64,000 nt of DNA from Auanema rhodensis (lineage: Eukaryota > Animalia > Nematoda): assembly GCA_964057225.1 (NCBI GenBank), contig OZ059895.1, forward strand, positions 18,414,001 to 18,478,000, in the 5' to 3' direction. The translations under genes and the position numbers were made by a program. This document shows positions 12,934-27,159 of the stretch, in pieces (within the stretch, counting starts at the first letter, position 1; each line of letters opens with the position of its first letter). Below the pieces are notes generated by a model. It was not told where the DNA came from and did not search any database. It saw nothing but the letters and a program-made list of their open reading frames with translations.

Positions 12934-15900
12934 ATGATAAAATTACGAAAATGTGATTGGGTTCTTCTACTATTGGCTGTATTAGCGTTTTTGGGATCAC
13001 TCTCCACATTCATTGTATTTCCAATTGTGTATCCACAATCAGTTAAATCCGTAAGTTTTTCCACAACATGTTGAAACATTTTCAAAAATTTTCAATTCAA
13101 AAATAAATAAAAATAATTTGTTGTTCTTATTGAAATGATACGGATACAGTTAGCATATCAGTTTAGTTATCTGAAAGTATTAGCAGTAGCATTTTGATCT
13201 TACTGTTTGACAGTAAATAATCTTTTTTTTTCTGATAAGGCTATGTAGTAGTTAAATAATAATTTATATATAAGATATTCTTTTTTTTTATTAAATTTTG
13301 ATAATAAATATAAATAATTAATTTTATTAAATAATAATAATCAATATATAATACAGTTATCATTCCAGCATCTTCAATTCAAACATAATGAGGATATGAG
13401 CTTGAAGTTCTCTGCTTTCATGTTCACACATCCACCTACTACAACAGTTATGGAATTTTATTTCTTCAATATTACAAATCCTGATGAGATGACCTATTTT
13501 GGAGCCAAACCTATGCTTGTTGAAGTCGGTCCATATACAGTTATGTACGTTTGATAGATTTTACAGTATTAATATATATGTAAATACATTTTTTTAGAGA
13601 ATCAGAAGAAAAAAAATATTTAAAATGGAAAGATGATGATTCACAAATATTTTATCAGAATTATAAGAAATATGTCATCAATGAAGAGCAATCATGTCCA
13701 ACATGTAATTTCAAGAATATAGTTACTATACCAAATCCTACCGAAACAGTACGTTTCAAATATTTTATAAAATAAAATTAAAAAAACTTTTTAATTCTAT
13801 ACACACATAAATTAATATTTTGATTTATCAGCATATTATGTATTATATTAATTAAGCTCTTTTATACGGTATCAATTATGTATTACATCAGCATATTTCT
13901 TTTTGCAAATTTATAAATATCAAAGTTGAAGAAAGCATAAGCATGTTTGACTATTATGCTTATCACGCAGTAGATATCCATCATTCTGATAAGAAACCAC
14001 CCAACTAACTATGTGAAGTGATAGATTGTCTTGAAAAGGTGAAAAAGATTAGAACAAACAAATGCGATAATTCACACACGTTTTTCATGAAAAGGTGACA
14101 AGAATTCGAATTCAAAAATATATTTGTCATATTCTTAACTATACTGAATATGCTATGTTATATTAGAGTTTGTTTTCAAAGTTGAAGTCAATCAATTACA
14201 GTATATTCAAATCTTTTTGGAAGTATATCGTTAACTATAAAATACAAACAATATTTACAGGGAGCTGCAGCTGATATGTTTGATCCAAAATATAATGTTA
14301 ATGAACAAGGACGAATTATAATTACAATTGGTTTAATGATTTTAGGAGAATATCCTTTTGTGTAAGTGGTTATTTAATTAAAATTTATTTATTTTTCTTA
14401 TAATCTTCTTCTCGAAGTAGAAGAATTATTCAAAATTTTTGATTTTCAGTAATCAAAAAGTAGGAGATATACTATTCGATGGATATGATGATGCTTTATT
14501 ATCAGCAGCTCATTCTAGAGTAAGTTTTAGCATAGAGCGTAGAAAGAAAGATAAGGAGAAAGAGAGAAAGAGAGATGATTCAGAGAAAAAAAGAAAAACA
14601 GAAAAAAAGAAATTGAAATGCTAATTCATACAAAACGCAGTTTAGTTTTTTTTTAAATTCATATTATTATTCGAAGATTCAGCAATAGAAAAGAAAACTA
14701 ATAAATCTATATTTTCATTGAAGAAGTCCTTCTCTCAATACGATTTTTTAATTTTAATTAATAATAATAGTCTTATAACTAATTCATTCGTATAATTTGC
14801 AGATTATTTCATTAGTCAACGATTATTTTGGATATTCAGTTATTCCGATTCCCGTACCTGCTATGGAACGTATGGGATTCTTCCAAGGAGTAAGAAGAAT
14901 ATTATTTATAACAATGAAAACGTAAAAATATAAATTAATTCTTTTCAGTATAATAATACAGCAGATGAAAGCTATTGGGTTCAAACGGGAAAAAATGATA
15001 TCAATCGAATTGGAGAAGTTGTAACATGGGCTAATGTAAGCAGCTTACCAGAAGATTGGTGGACAACTGATCATGCTCGTAGTATACGTGGAACAGGTTC
15101 ATTCGAATGAAACTCAAATATCTTATTATCCAAATGTATTTCAGATTCGGCTAGTTTCTGTAAAATGCATCTAACAAAAACAGACGTTCTGCCCGGATTT
15201 CAATCTTTTCAATGTCGATCATTCGATGCCACATATCTTAAAGATGAGACAGTTCGAGATATTCCTGGCTATGTGTACGTATTTCAAGATTTCAAATATG
15301 TTTTTTAGCAATAATTCATAACTATAGATTTTCTGTTCCTGAGTCAGAATACGATACAACATTAGATAAAAATCGTGGTTTTCGTTATCGTAACGTGGAA
15401 AAAGTGAATTATTATGAAGATTGGCCAAAATGCCCTGAGTATGTTTAAAATTTTCTTAATAACTGTATCTATTCAATTCAAATGCCCTCAAGCACAAAGT
15501 TACAGAAAAATGAAAATATAACTTGAAAATTTCAATTTTTTATTCTTTTGATTCATCTTTTCAGACGTGATGTCACCCAATGTGATCCTTCTCAATCGGT
15601 TGATTGTTCAGTTTCTGAAAATTTATGTCACAACTGTTGTAATGGATCCCTTGTTAATGGTACATACCTACTTCCTCCTGGAATATTTCCTCTCGTCTGT
15701 TATCCAGGTATATCAAATATTTATTTTGTTTTTCTTAAAATATTTTTTATTATTTTACCATTTGACATTTAGATTTTTACAAATTTTAGCTTATATCTCT
15801 TTCAACAACATTTTCTTCCTCATTGTCTCTGTTTTCATATTAAAAATATTGTCTTTTCTTGATTTAATAACAATTACAAATGTTTTAAAGGACGACTACA

Positions 15901-16556
15901 ACCATCGCCATATTCTGTTATGTATTCTCCTCCCCACTTCTTGTACTCACCACCGGAAATGGTAAATTCTGTTTACGGGCTCAATCCGAATTATGAAGTG
16001 CATCGTCCAATGGTCTATACTCATGAGCCGGTATGTAAAAGCTTCATCTTTTCACGTATTACATGACAAAAACTTTCTACTTATTAATTCATTTTTCCTA
16101 ATATATTCATCATATTCGTATTACAGTATTCTGGATCAATCATTAAAGTTATATATCAGTTAATGGTCTCAACACCACTGTATGCCAATCCATTAGTTGT
16201 GTAAGTTACATCATTTTTTTTTATCTTCTACTACTTCTTCTGAATATCAAATGTTCTTTACTTCCCTTTATGTTTTGTTAATGTTTCTGTCTGCTAATTC
16301 AAACATTTAACTTTTACAAATCGTTTTCTGATCGTTTTTGATTTATCTTCATCTACAAATTCATTTTCTTGTTCATGTGCTTCTTTGACTTCAAACATCA
16401 GTGTTTCCTTTGTCTCCTTTGTGCCATTTTAGGTTTTCACAGACGTGTGTGTGTGCATATTCAACGTCATACCTCATTTTCAACTGTGTTCTCATTTTTC
16501 CAAACTTCTTCATATTTCGTTTGCAATAATCCAATCACGTCACTAAGTCTCCCACT

Positions 16557-16597
<41 letters not shown>

Positions 16598-17662
16598 TTG
16601 ATTCTTACTCTCTTTATAGCTCTCTAGCCTTAAACATTATGCTATTGCAATTAACCTTATGCACCTTATAGATTTGCTCTACTGGATATTTAAGTTCAAA
16701 GTCTAGATCACATATTTCCAGACAAGCCTTCAATCTCATTCATCTCCAATATCTTTGAACCAACAATCCTTTCCCTGCAAAAATTCCCACGATCCTCTCT
16801 CTTTCTTTATTGTCTTCGTCCGTCCGTTTTTTATACGTTTATTATAACATCAAAATAATGATTTGAATAATTATAAAAATGAATAATCTTGACCAATATC
16901 TACTATACAAATACTTTGTCAACCCAATTCTCTCAAGATGCCATTCGTCCCATAGAAATTTCAATTTTTTTATCTCAATTTTGTAAATAGAACAGCAAAA
17001 ACGACGCACAAGTGTCGGACAACAATATTGAAAAGCAGTTTCTGTACAAAATTTCCATTGGCATGCTTTTTCTTCCTTTGTTTCCTGATTCACATAAATT
17101 GGCTACTGATCACACCTTTGTTCCCCAAATCTACTACTCCAACATATCCAAATCAGCAACATTCTGTTGTCCTTTTATTGTCTGCAAAATCTCTTTTGCA
17201 TATCTCCCTCACACTCTCTCTTTACAATCCACCTTTTTCTCCAAATATTGAATTTCAACCTATTTTTATGCATATCTATGTTCATTTATTTCAATTTAAA
17301 TCTTAATTATATCATTAGAAATATATTATTTTTATTATTAGATATATATATATATGTATTCATATTCTCCTTATATCATTTTCAGTCCAAATATGCATCT
17401 ACCGAATACCATAGTACCTATGTTTTGGCAAGGAGCCAAATCCACACTTTACGATTCTGTTTACCAGGATATCTGGCTTGGATTCGTTTTTGTGCCAAAA
17501 TTTATGGCATTTTTCAAATATTTCTTGCTTGCGCTGAGTTTCTTTTTTATTGCCCTGACCGTCTTGTGCGTCTTACGACGATCCAAGACATCTGAAGCTA
17601 ATGACAATGTCGAAGAGCCCACCAGCTTTTCGCCTAATTGCAACATCGATGACAATGAATAA
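12934..17662 (+). CDS. CD36/scavenger receptor class B family protein (SCAV-type), multi-exon
   Basis: N-terminal TM exon MIKLRKCDWVLLLLAVLAFLGSLSTFIVFPIVYPQSVKS (12934-13050). CD36 hallmarks: FYFFNITNPDE...GAKPMLVEVGPY, LFDGYDD, YWVQTGKNDINRIG, IRGTDS, SPPHFLYSP, GLNP, LPNTIVPMFW. A C-terminal TM and short tail end at TAA 17662. Confidence 0.92.
16557..16597. repeat. (CT)n microsatellite in last CD36 intron
   Basis: TC run. Confidence 0.95.
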
Positions 17663-20600
17663 TCACAAGTACAGTGATAGTATTGAATTTATGTAAGTAA
17701 AGAGCATCTTTACACATACTGTATTGTCATTCCTCCACATTCTTCTCCAAACCAAATAATCTTCCATACTTGCAAATGCATATGAATTCAGTTGAGCTGA
17801 ACCTCTGTCATTCAAGTTTCCTATCCAATAATTCAAGCTCCTTCACAAAGTTTCTAATTTCTTTTTGTTAAGTGCTGTAGTATTTGATATTTTCTTATAT
17901 AACAATGTATGCGAAATCGGATTTCATCATCACTTTCCAACTTGAAAAAAGTTGTTCTGCAAGATTTGCATGATTCTATTTCAATCACCTCAGCCCATCT
18001 CACGCTATGAATAATCTTTCCAGAATTACTCTTATCTATTTTTCTGCCATTCTTTGATGTATTTTCTCTCTTTTCCTACAAGCAACAGCAGTACCTATCA
18101 CATCAAAGACCATTCAGTTCAGACAATGATATCATGATATGTCCGGTATTCCTTATAAATCAAAACCAAAACTTGTCAAGCCTTATGAAGCTGAATCTTA
18201 CAACTATTTCTTAGATATTTCGGTTGATTACCAGATTTCAGCTTAAAACAAAAATTAACTTCTGAACTTAGGCTATCATCTTATAATTTATATCAATTCC
18301 TTAAAGTAATTTTACTTTACTTCTCTTATTTATTTCTATGTGCATCATATGCCAATAACTTTTTTTTCTGCTCAAGCCAGCTTTGAGAAGCTCGTTTTTT
18401 AATTGAAGCATTACGAGATGAGTTTGAAAGAAAGCATTGTCAAACCAATCATCAAATCGTTTTCAAATAAAAACCTAAGGTTCATGAAGTTATATTTGGA
18501 ATGGTTAACATATTATTAAATTATCTGAAGCTTATTTATATTTATCAGCAGCTAATTATAATCAATTATTTTCTTGTAAATTCTAAAACGTTTTACCATA
18601 TTTTTCATTAAAAAAACAGCTTCTCAGACACTTCCTGCAGCTTAATAATGTTGCTGTTGTCACCATAAATTGCCTTCTTACATTCCTCCGTTTCTTCAAA
18701 AATTGCTTTTCATACATTTGATTGAATTAGGGCTCAAAACCATGATCATTTCTTGCTAAAACATATCAAATAGTTAGATTTTTATTTTTAATTTCTTAGT
18801 TAGTTAGTTATAGGCTAAAATAATATTGCAATCGGTTTACTTTTTTCTTCTCATTTTAAGCTCACAATATTCCCTTTAGACTAGTTAAACCAAATTTCTC
18901 AGCTCCGATTTTTTTCATTTGCATTCTGGTTAAAACTTCTTTTTTTGTTTTGACCCAAAATAACATAAAGCCTGTTTGCTCTTATTAGCTTTAAATGCTT
19001 TAAAAAAAATCTTAATTTATATATCGAGAGACCAATGTCATCTACACACTTCCAGATTTCCCATCTTTATCTCTTGTCTGCTCTCATGTTTTTCTTCTTC
19101 CTTCTTTTCTCTCTCTCTCCCTCTCTAATTTCTTTTCGTATGCAGCTCATTCAGAGGACAGCTCCGGCCTCACACCTATACTGCTTCAAAGCAAAACCAG
19201 TTTTAAAACTTAAAAACCTTACTGTTTTATATCTCTCTTTCTCTCTCTCTCTCATTATTTCTATGTCGGGTATATATTTAATATATGTATTAAACTATAT
19301 TGTCTTTATATTTGATTTCTATTTTCAAAACAATAAAAATCAAATATGAAAATTTAATTTATATGATATCTTCTTATTATAATGTTTTTTTTAAATCAAA
19401 TAAATGAATAAATTACTCTTTTTTTATCTGAAATTCAATATAAAATCTTCACATTTATCTTTCTTTTCTTAATATTTTACAACTACATATACATACTTAT
19501 ACATGTTAATTTATATTTTGTATTATATTAACTATACATATATACTAATTATTTGATTAACTATATGTTTTTATTATATTGTTCATATAATATAGTAGAT
19601 ATAATCAATCATAGTCAATAGGTAACATCAAATAGACAAAAACATGATACATGTCTTATAGCCAATAAATCCAGTACATTTCCATAATAATAATATTTTA
19701 TGAAATATTTAATATAATTATAATAAAAGTGTTAACTATATCATATAGTTAAACTTCAGATATATTATTTTCTATGTTCTGTAATGAGTGTATAGTATAT
19801 CGTTTTCATGAGCTCTTTCTAATACATATATGTCCTAAGAAATGAATATGCAGCTTTAAATTTCTGCAGACAATTCTACCAGTATTTCCTGGTTATTCAT
19901 TTGATTCATAACTTTGCAACCGATAGTATCAGCTCAGAACAAAACTCAGAATAACAGCTATTAAGTTCCTATAATGAAAAAGAATAATTTGGCCAGACAG
20001 ATTCAGATTCCGTTTCACGTCATGTTCACACTCAATCACTTCATCGTCTCTTCAACATCTGAAGTACCATATTTGAACATCAAAATCTCCGTTGTTTCTC
20101 TGTTTTGCTTATTGTTTTGCAGTTTTTTCAATGCGTACAGCATAAGACGGCAAAATTATCCGCGTCTATACTTACACGCCAACAATCTTGGAATACTACG
20201 CTGATGAGCAGTTTGAAATTACTCTCTTTATTCGTATCTGGGTACTTCTATTGTACTTTCTACCTTTCAAGCTATGTTGTTTCACATATCAAACCAATAC
20301 AAGGCAGCTTGATAGTGAGATCTTTCGAAGTTATTGCCACATTGCTTCACGCACTCTGGCTTTATCTAATGTCCTTCTCATCCTTTTGTTGAAAAACTTA
20401 TTTGCCTCCCTCACTCCAATATTCAACTTCTTTTATAATTGCTTATATGCATAGTTAAGCATACTATAAGAAACGAAGTTCATTTATTTGTTAATATCTT
20501 GTACTCTCACCTCAAGCAAGTTACATATGTATATGTCGTATCTCAATTTCTTTTCTGAGAAATTTTAAAAAATTGATTCAATTTCGAAAGGTTATCTATT

Positions 20601-22199
20601 ACATTCCCTCGTTTTTCTCATAAATCTGCATAGATACATGTATGGCTATTTCCTCATACTTTCAATTTTCTATCTATCTAGTTTGATCAAGACGTTCAAC
20701 TTTATTTTTTAAAAATTCACAAATTGATCATTCACCTCTTTCTCTTTCTCTCTCTCTTTCTTTCTTTCTTTCTTTTTACGTATTTATACTTTTTTCTACT
20801 TATTCTCCTTATTTACATGAGCTACAAACATAAGAGATGAAGAGTAATATCATACAAAATCTTGGAAAGTATTCCTCTAAGCTGTAACTGCTAAGTACGT
20901 TTTCCCTTCTTTCTTGTTCTTACAACTTTTTCTTTTTGTTATAGAACAATGAAAAGCATATTACTCATATTAAAAAGAAAACACGACTTACATACCAAGT
21001 TCATTGTATATTTCATGAAAATGAAATATTCATAAGTATATATCACTTATAATTATACATATATAGTAATATAATATATAAAAAAATGATTTTGTTAACT
21101 ATGTGAATCTACATATCTTAGCACATCTTAGAATGATATAATCAAAAATAATTATTATTTGATATAAATACATATAATATATTGAATATATACTATGTTC
21201 ATATAGCATCTGCTCTTTTGGACAATCGTTGTTTTTTTTTTTTGAAGAAAAAAAGCATTATCTTCTTTTTTTTTGACTATTTTCTATTGATTTGTAGTTC
21301 TTTTATAGTTAAAATATAGCTCATATTCATTAATAGGAGATGAACTATTCGGATTTCATCCTCATGATCTCTTAAAGGTTTGTCTCAGTTCTTGAAAACC
21401 TCCCTCTTCATATCGCTCTCTCTCTCCCTCATTTCCTACATTTCTCACTTTTTCTCTCCCTTTACCTTCTCTTCTTTCAATCCGAACGAGTCATACTTCC
21501 AACATTTGAACATAAAATCCTCATTAGATCGAAGAACTATCAACTATCCGAGCCATTTCAGCTGAACGGATGTATAGAAATCTTTTCACAGAAGATGTTC
21601 GGTGCATTTCAATTTCTCTGCCCCTTATGCACATACAATGAATGTTTTAAATTTATTTGGCTCAAATTCTCATCACTTCTTCCGTATTTTTTTTAATTTC
21701 TCAATCCTCTACACGTTTTTCTATTTCATCTCTCTCTTTCTCTCTCTCACTCTCTCTCTCACTCTCTCTCACTCAATCTCTTTCTTTTTCTAGTTCACTG
21801 TCTTTATCTCTTTTTTCCTCATCATTTCTTCATGTATTTACTACTATTTCTTGCTCTCTTTTATTTTATTCATGTGCAACTCATGCTGCCGGACATTAAG
21901 CCACGAAGCTTTTTATGAACTCGTATCAGCTTTCATTTCTTTTTCTGATTTTTTAGATTTAAGCTAGACAATCCGCTTTAGCTTTTTGAGGCTACTACTC
22001 ACATCGGATCTTTTCATTGAAGACATCTGGGTGTGCTCCATCAGTGGAATATCCTCCTCATCGACGTCAGCCTTCTTATTCGCACCAAATATTCAAACGA
22101 ACTGATTCCGATACATCTGTCACATATAGATCAAGACATTCTCACAGTCTTATCTCCATCGACAGCTTATCAGAAACTAGTTTTACATCTACCAAAACC

Positions 22200-22664
22200 A
22201 TGAACTACTTCCTAAGCAGCTGTATAATCATTGCAGCCTTTATACCAGTTTCCTATGCAAATGGTGACCCTACAGAAGCTCATGATGGAATTTTCCGAAC
22301 ATTGAAGCTTAACGAAGATGAGATGAATTATGTATCATCACTACATGCATCAGCTGATTTCCATACTCTTCACGAATTTGTTGCTGTGAGTTTGTCTTCA
22401 TTTTTTTTCATTTAATTTTTTTGTATTTTATAAATATAATAAAAATGATAAATTAAGTTCAGCATTGTCAGCATATTTAGATTTTTTCAAATTACAAATC
22501 TAAGTACAATTATATGCTTAAACCACAATTTCAATAGTTTATTTAAAACCTCTGTGAGAGAAATGTCCGATCACCTGTCCTAGACCGGAAAAAAACAATT
22601 CTCAAGCATTTGAAAAATATGAATTTATAGTTTACATATATGCTTACGTATACATACTTGACTA

Positions 22665-22696
<32 letters not shown>

Positions 22697-25213
22697 CTTA
22701 ATATATTCATCTATGAATGTATATACATAGCTGTGAGTGAGTGAGAGAGATTGATGAAATAGGAGGAACATTTTGAGATAGATGAGCAGTTCTATCTAGC
22801 AACGATCAGATCAGTACGAAGAACGAGTACTGAAAAACGAAACCATAGCTCAACTCGTTTACGAATTAACTCAAAACAGATAGAATGCTTGAACGAATCT
22901 GATATCTCTTTTGAAATCTGACGAAAAAAAATTAGAAAAACAATCTATATTAGCAGATATTTCAACAAGCTGTAAAGTACAGATTAGATGAAAGCATTGA
23001 ATGCTCATAATTATTAAACGAATTAACGAGAAGCAGAAATCAGAAATTGTGTATTTTTATGAAAAAAACTTGAAATTAAACAAAAAAAAGAGCAATTAAG
23101 ATCAATTTAAATATTTTATATTTACAGTAGTACTATACTATATGTATATTATATATATTAGAATACAACATGTTTTTAAAAGCTGTTATCATGCAATTGA
23201 AATCTACGTATTATTCAATAATAATTTAAATAATTTTTTTAACTATAATATATATTATAAATATCATAAATATAAATATTATATAAATAATAATAATAGT
23301 AAAGTTATTATTATAATATTATGATATCTGTAAAATTAATGATTTGATGATTATGATGAAAAGAAAAATAAATGAGCTCAACCGTTGTGTACGTCAACAT
23401 CAGCAAAAAATGAAATGTTTTGATTTATCATTAGAATATTTGTTTCACGTACGTCATGGCACGTGTGCCACGTGTATGGCTAGAATGTTTTCTGAAATAT
23501 TTGACTATACTATATATATATTACATAGTAATCATAAAATATTATAATAAATAATTTTTGTTGAATTGATATGATAATTTAAAAAAAACTTTTTTCTATT
23601 TAAATAAATATGTTTTTCTGTTATTATTGTAATAACAAAAACAATATTTCCATGTACATATCTATACTGATAGTAGTAGACTTTACTGTTAAATCCTCTT
23701 TCCTCCTACGGTCTCTTGATATATCTAATCTTTTGATTACAGGAAAAGCTTCAAAATGCTGATTTGACCAATAATGAACGCTTTCAAGTTAAGAACTTCT
23801 TGCGGGATCGTCGACCCCCACCAGTTATTGCAACATTCTTATCCGATGCTGATCGACAACAGGTTATTAAATGCATTTTCTACCTCATTTTACTAAAAAA
23901 AAAACTGAAATAAAAGATTTCAAATATTTTTAAATAAAGAGATATCATTGTAATACAATTTAAAAATTGTATTATAAAATGACCGAAAAAAAATCTATAT
24001 ATTTGATATTTATTATATATTTTTTCTAAAATTTTTGAGCATATAATTCCAAAAATAATATAAAATAAAAAATTCTTCCATTTTATATATGAATATACAT
24101 ATATTCGAATGATTATATGTACACGTTCGGTCTGCAGATTTTTTTACTAATCTGAGAACTGGCCATCGAAATCCCATAACACATTGGCAAAGTATAGTCA
24201 AGCTCAAGTTTCAATGTTCAGTTATGCTTGCGAGCTAAAGGACAACTTTCTTTTCCGTTTCTTTGCGGAACTATATACATATGAATACATGTATTCATTT
24301 GAATAAAAAAAACATATTTTCTTAAACTATATTGTGAACTTTTCTATCTGGGAAAAAATGAAGCAAAAATAGTAAAACAAAAAGAGACGGGGTTTGTAAA
24401 TTTATGTATATCTCCTTATTCATTTTTTTTCTAATTTTACATTCAATTTCCCATTTTTTGTGTTTTCTTTACGAATAATTGGGAAAATAATGAGTATGAC
24501 GTAAAGAATTGTATAGAAACAATCCAATTTCAAATCAAAGTCAAATATCTTTCTTTCACGATATTTCAAAAAAAAATTAAAAAATGAAGAATCGAAATTC
24601 TTAAGAAGAAGACAAAGATTAAACCTCTTTAAAAAAATTTTAAGAAAAAGTATTCTCAATGTCTGCTGAAACTGTTGAAGGTTTTTCCCTGTTTGTAAAC
24701 AAAGAACTTAAACGAACTAAACAGTTCAAATAGATTATATACATAGTTTGAAGAAGATCTTATACCGTTTTTCATTTTCATATCCATATTGTTTCTTCAT
24801 ATATCTTATCTTCCGATATATATATATATATATATTGTGAATAATCTTTGAAATGAAATATTAGATAATGAAATGAAGAGAGGACCATTGAAAAAGATTT
24901 TATTATGAAAAGAAGGAAATCGGATATATCTTTTCCATTTGAACTTTGACTGAAAATCAAATTATATCATGTAGTAGAGAACAATGCAAACATAATAATT
25001 CTCTATACAGATTGTGATTAACTATACTAACTATGTGAAAATTATGTGTTTCAGATTCGACATTTTCATCGGCTAGGAGATTTGGACAGTATTTTCGCAA
25101 TAATTGGACAACGTTTATTTGAATTGGATCCTGTTCGTCGTGAGGAAGCTATTACCTATATCTGGCCAAACCAAAATGAGGATGCTATGCAATACTTCAA
25201 GCTGCAAGATTAA
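22200..25213 (+). CDS. Small secreted helical protein (154 aa, 3 exons: 22200-22385, 23743-23862, 25055-25213) with a two-fold internal repeat
   Basis: Signal peptide MNYFLSSCIIIAAFIPVSYA. Three phase-0 exons with good sites (GTGAGT, TTACAG, GTTATT, TTTCAG) join to ...NEDEMNYVSSLHASADFHTLHEFVA|EKLQNADLTNNERFQVKNFLRDRRPPPVIATFLSDADRQQ|IRHFHRLGDLDSIFAIIGQRLFELDPVRREEAITYIWPNQNEDAMQYFKLQD*. Confidence 0.8.
22669..22696. repeat. (TA)n microsatellite
   Basis: TA run in intron 1 of the secreted-protein gene. Confidence 0.9.
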
Positions 25214-27159
25214 CAGTTATTTTATATTTGTGGATCTCTCTCTTTCTCTCATAATTTCTCTTCATTTGCAGTTTTCCAACATTATTACTAGTGTACTTTA
25301 TATTTTTGTACCAGCCCTTTGATGACTCAAAGATTACAAGCTTTTCAATAATTTTTAGATACCAAGTAGATAATTCCAATTTTTGCCTTTGCTCTCTCTC
25401 TCTCTTTCTTTCTCTCTCTCTTCTTCTCTCTCTGTTGTATTATAATATTTTTATTGACCCATAAACAAACTATGTATTTACATATAACATATAAATTAAA
25501 TCCTTTAATTTTTAAATTTTCTGATTCATAATTAACCATTTTCCTACATTTGTATCTTTTTTTTGTTTCATATGTTGTTTAAGCTATTTAAGAGAATGAT
25601 GAAGCTTGATCTTTGGCTTTCTACACGACGACTTAACCAACGCAAAAGCATTTCAGAAGATGCTGACTGACTACGCAGACTACAACTCAAACCTCGTCAA
25701 TCTCTGTTTGTTAACTATGTTGCAGAAACACCACAGATGAGATGCACCTGATTTGAAAAAAAAAAACATTTATAAAATGAGATGTTTTGGTCACCTTACT
25801 ACTTTCCTTTTTTTTTTGCAAAAATTAAAAAATGTATTTGTGTTCAAATCATTATGAGAATAAAAATAAGTAAAATACATATATTATTTATATATTTATA
25901 GTTATATTCTGTATTTCAAGTATGATATAGAATATATTTTCTCTGTTTTTTGTAAAATAAAAAAATAATAAAAACTGTACAACAGGTACAACAAGTGAAC
26001 AACTCGATTTTCAAACCCGAACACAATTGCCATCAAATAATTGAGATGAGATGTATGTAGTTACATCATATAAAAAGCTTAGCATAGGCTTTAAATACAA
26101 AACTTCAAAATACATGAAAATAAAGAAAAATAATGAAAAGCAGAGTTGAAGAGAGTAGTCAAATATGGATAAAGATTTCATATTCTATATTAACTATTTA
26201 GTTCAAGTTTAAAAAATAAACTCGAGCTTCAAGAATAAATGTAAGTAGCATAACTAGAAGAAGTAGGATCGGTATATATGAATGAGAAGTTGGTACAAAC
26301 AAATAAACAAACAAACAAATAGCATTATTTGTATTTAAATAAAATACATTTTTCTTATTTTTGATGAAAAATAAAATTAAATTTGTATATTATTTAATTA
26401 AAATGTTTAACACATGATTGTTTTCTGATTGATCATCAAAGATTTCTTTTTCTGTTTAAGTTGAAATTCAAGTATATTGTTGATCAACTCATTTTCCCGT
26501 AATTGAAATTCCTTGTTTGGCTAATGCTTAAGCATGTTGATGTAAAAAGATTGTTAGATAAGAGCAAATGATCAACAGATCATCGCTCAATGAAAGGAAA
26601 AGAGGAAAAATGTTTTCATTCATCCTTCTCCCTTTTCCTCTCTATCTTTCTCTCCTTCTTCTCTCTTCATATATATATAAATATATAAATATATATATAT
26701 ATACCTCCCTCTCTCTTTCTTTTTATTCGTACGTACTCTCTTCATAGGAGGTAATCTGATCAAACATGGAGTAGAATTAGATTAAAAAGACATAGACGAA
26801 AGATGATTAAGGAGATACAAAATAATTTCTCTATAAATTTGAATATATTTAGGATAAGCAGGTGATATACATGTAATGTATGTTAACTATATTACCCGTA
26901 TGTCATATCGCTGATTGTTAAATAACGACGAATATCGACGACGTCAGATGACTAAATTAAGGGAAAAGCGTTTTGTTTTAAATTTTAAATTTAAGAACGA
27001 ATATAAGGGACGGATTAGCTTGGCTAAGACATCTTGATCAATGTTTCTTACAGAAGAGAAATGATGTAGTACAATGAATGTACTGAATATCTGAGCGTCT
27101 GAAGATCAGTACTGTACGTTATATGTTGAATAATTAGGTTCAGTAATCTGCTCGAATTC

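Noticed and set aside
18135-18156. TGATATGTCCGGTATTCC resembles miR-50/miR-190 5p
   Set aside because: Flanks pair poorly (no convincing pre-miRNA hairpin), the 3' end diverges, and this family normally lies in a talin intron.
22017-22199. N-terminal extension of the secreted protein from a TTG start
   Set aside because: No ATG, bounded by an upstream stop, and it would bury the signal peptide; treated as 5'UTR.
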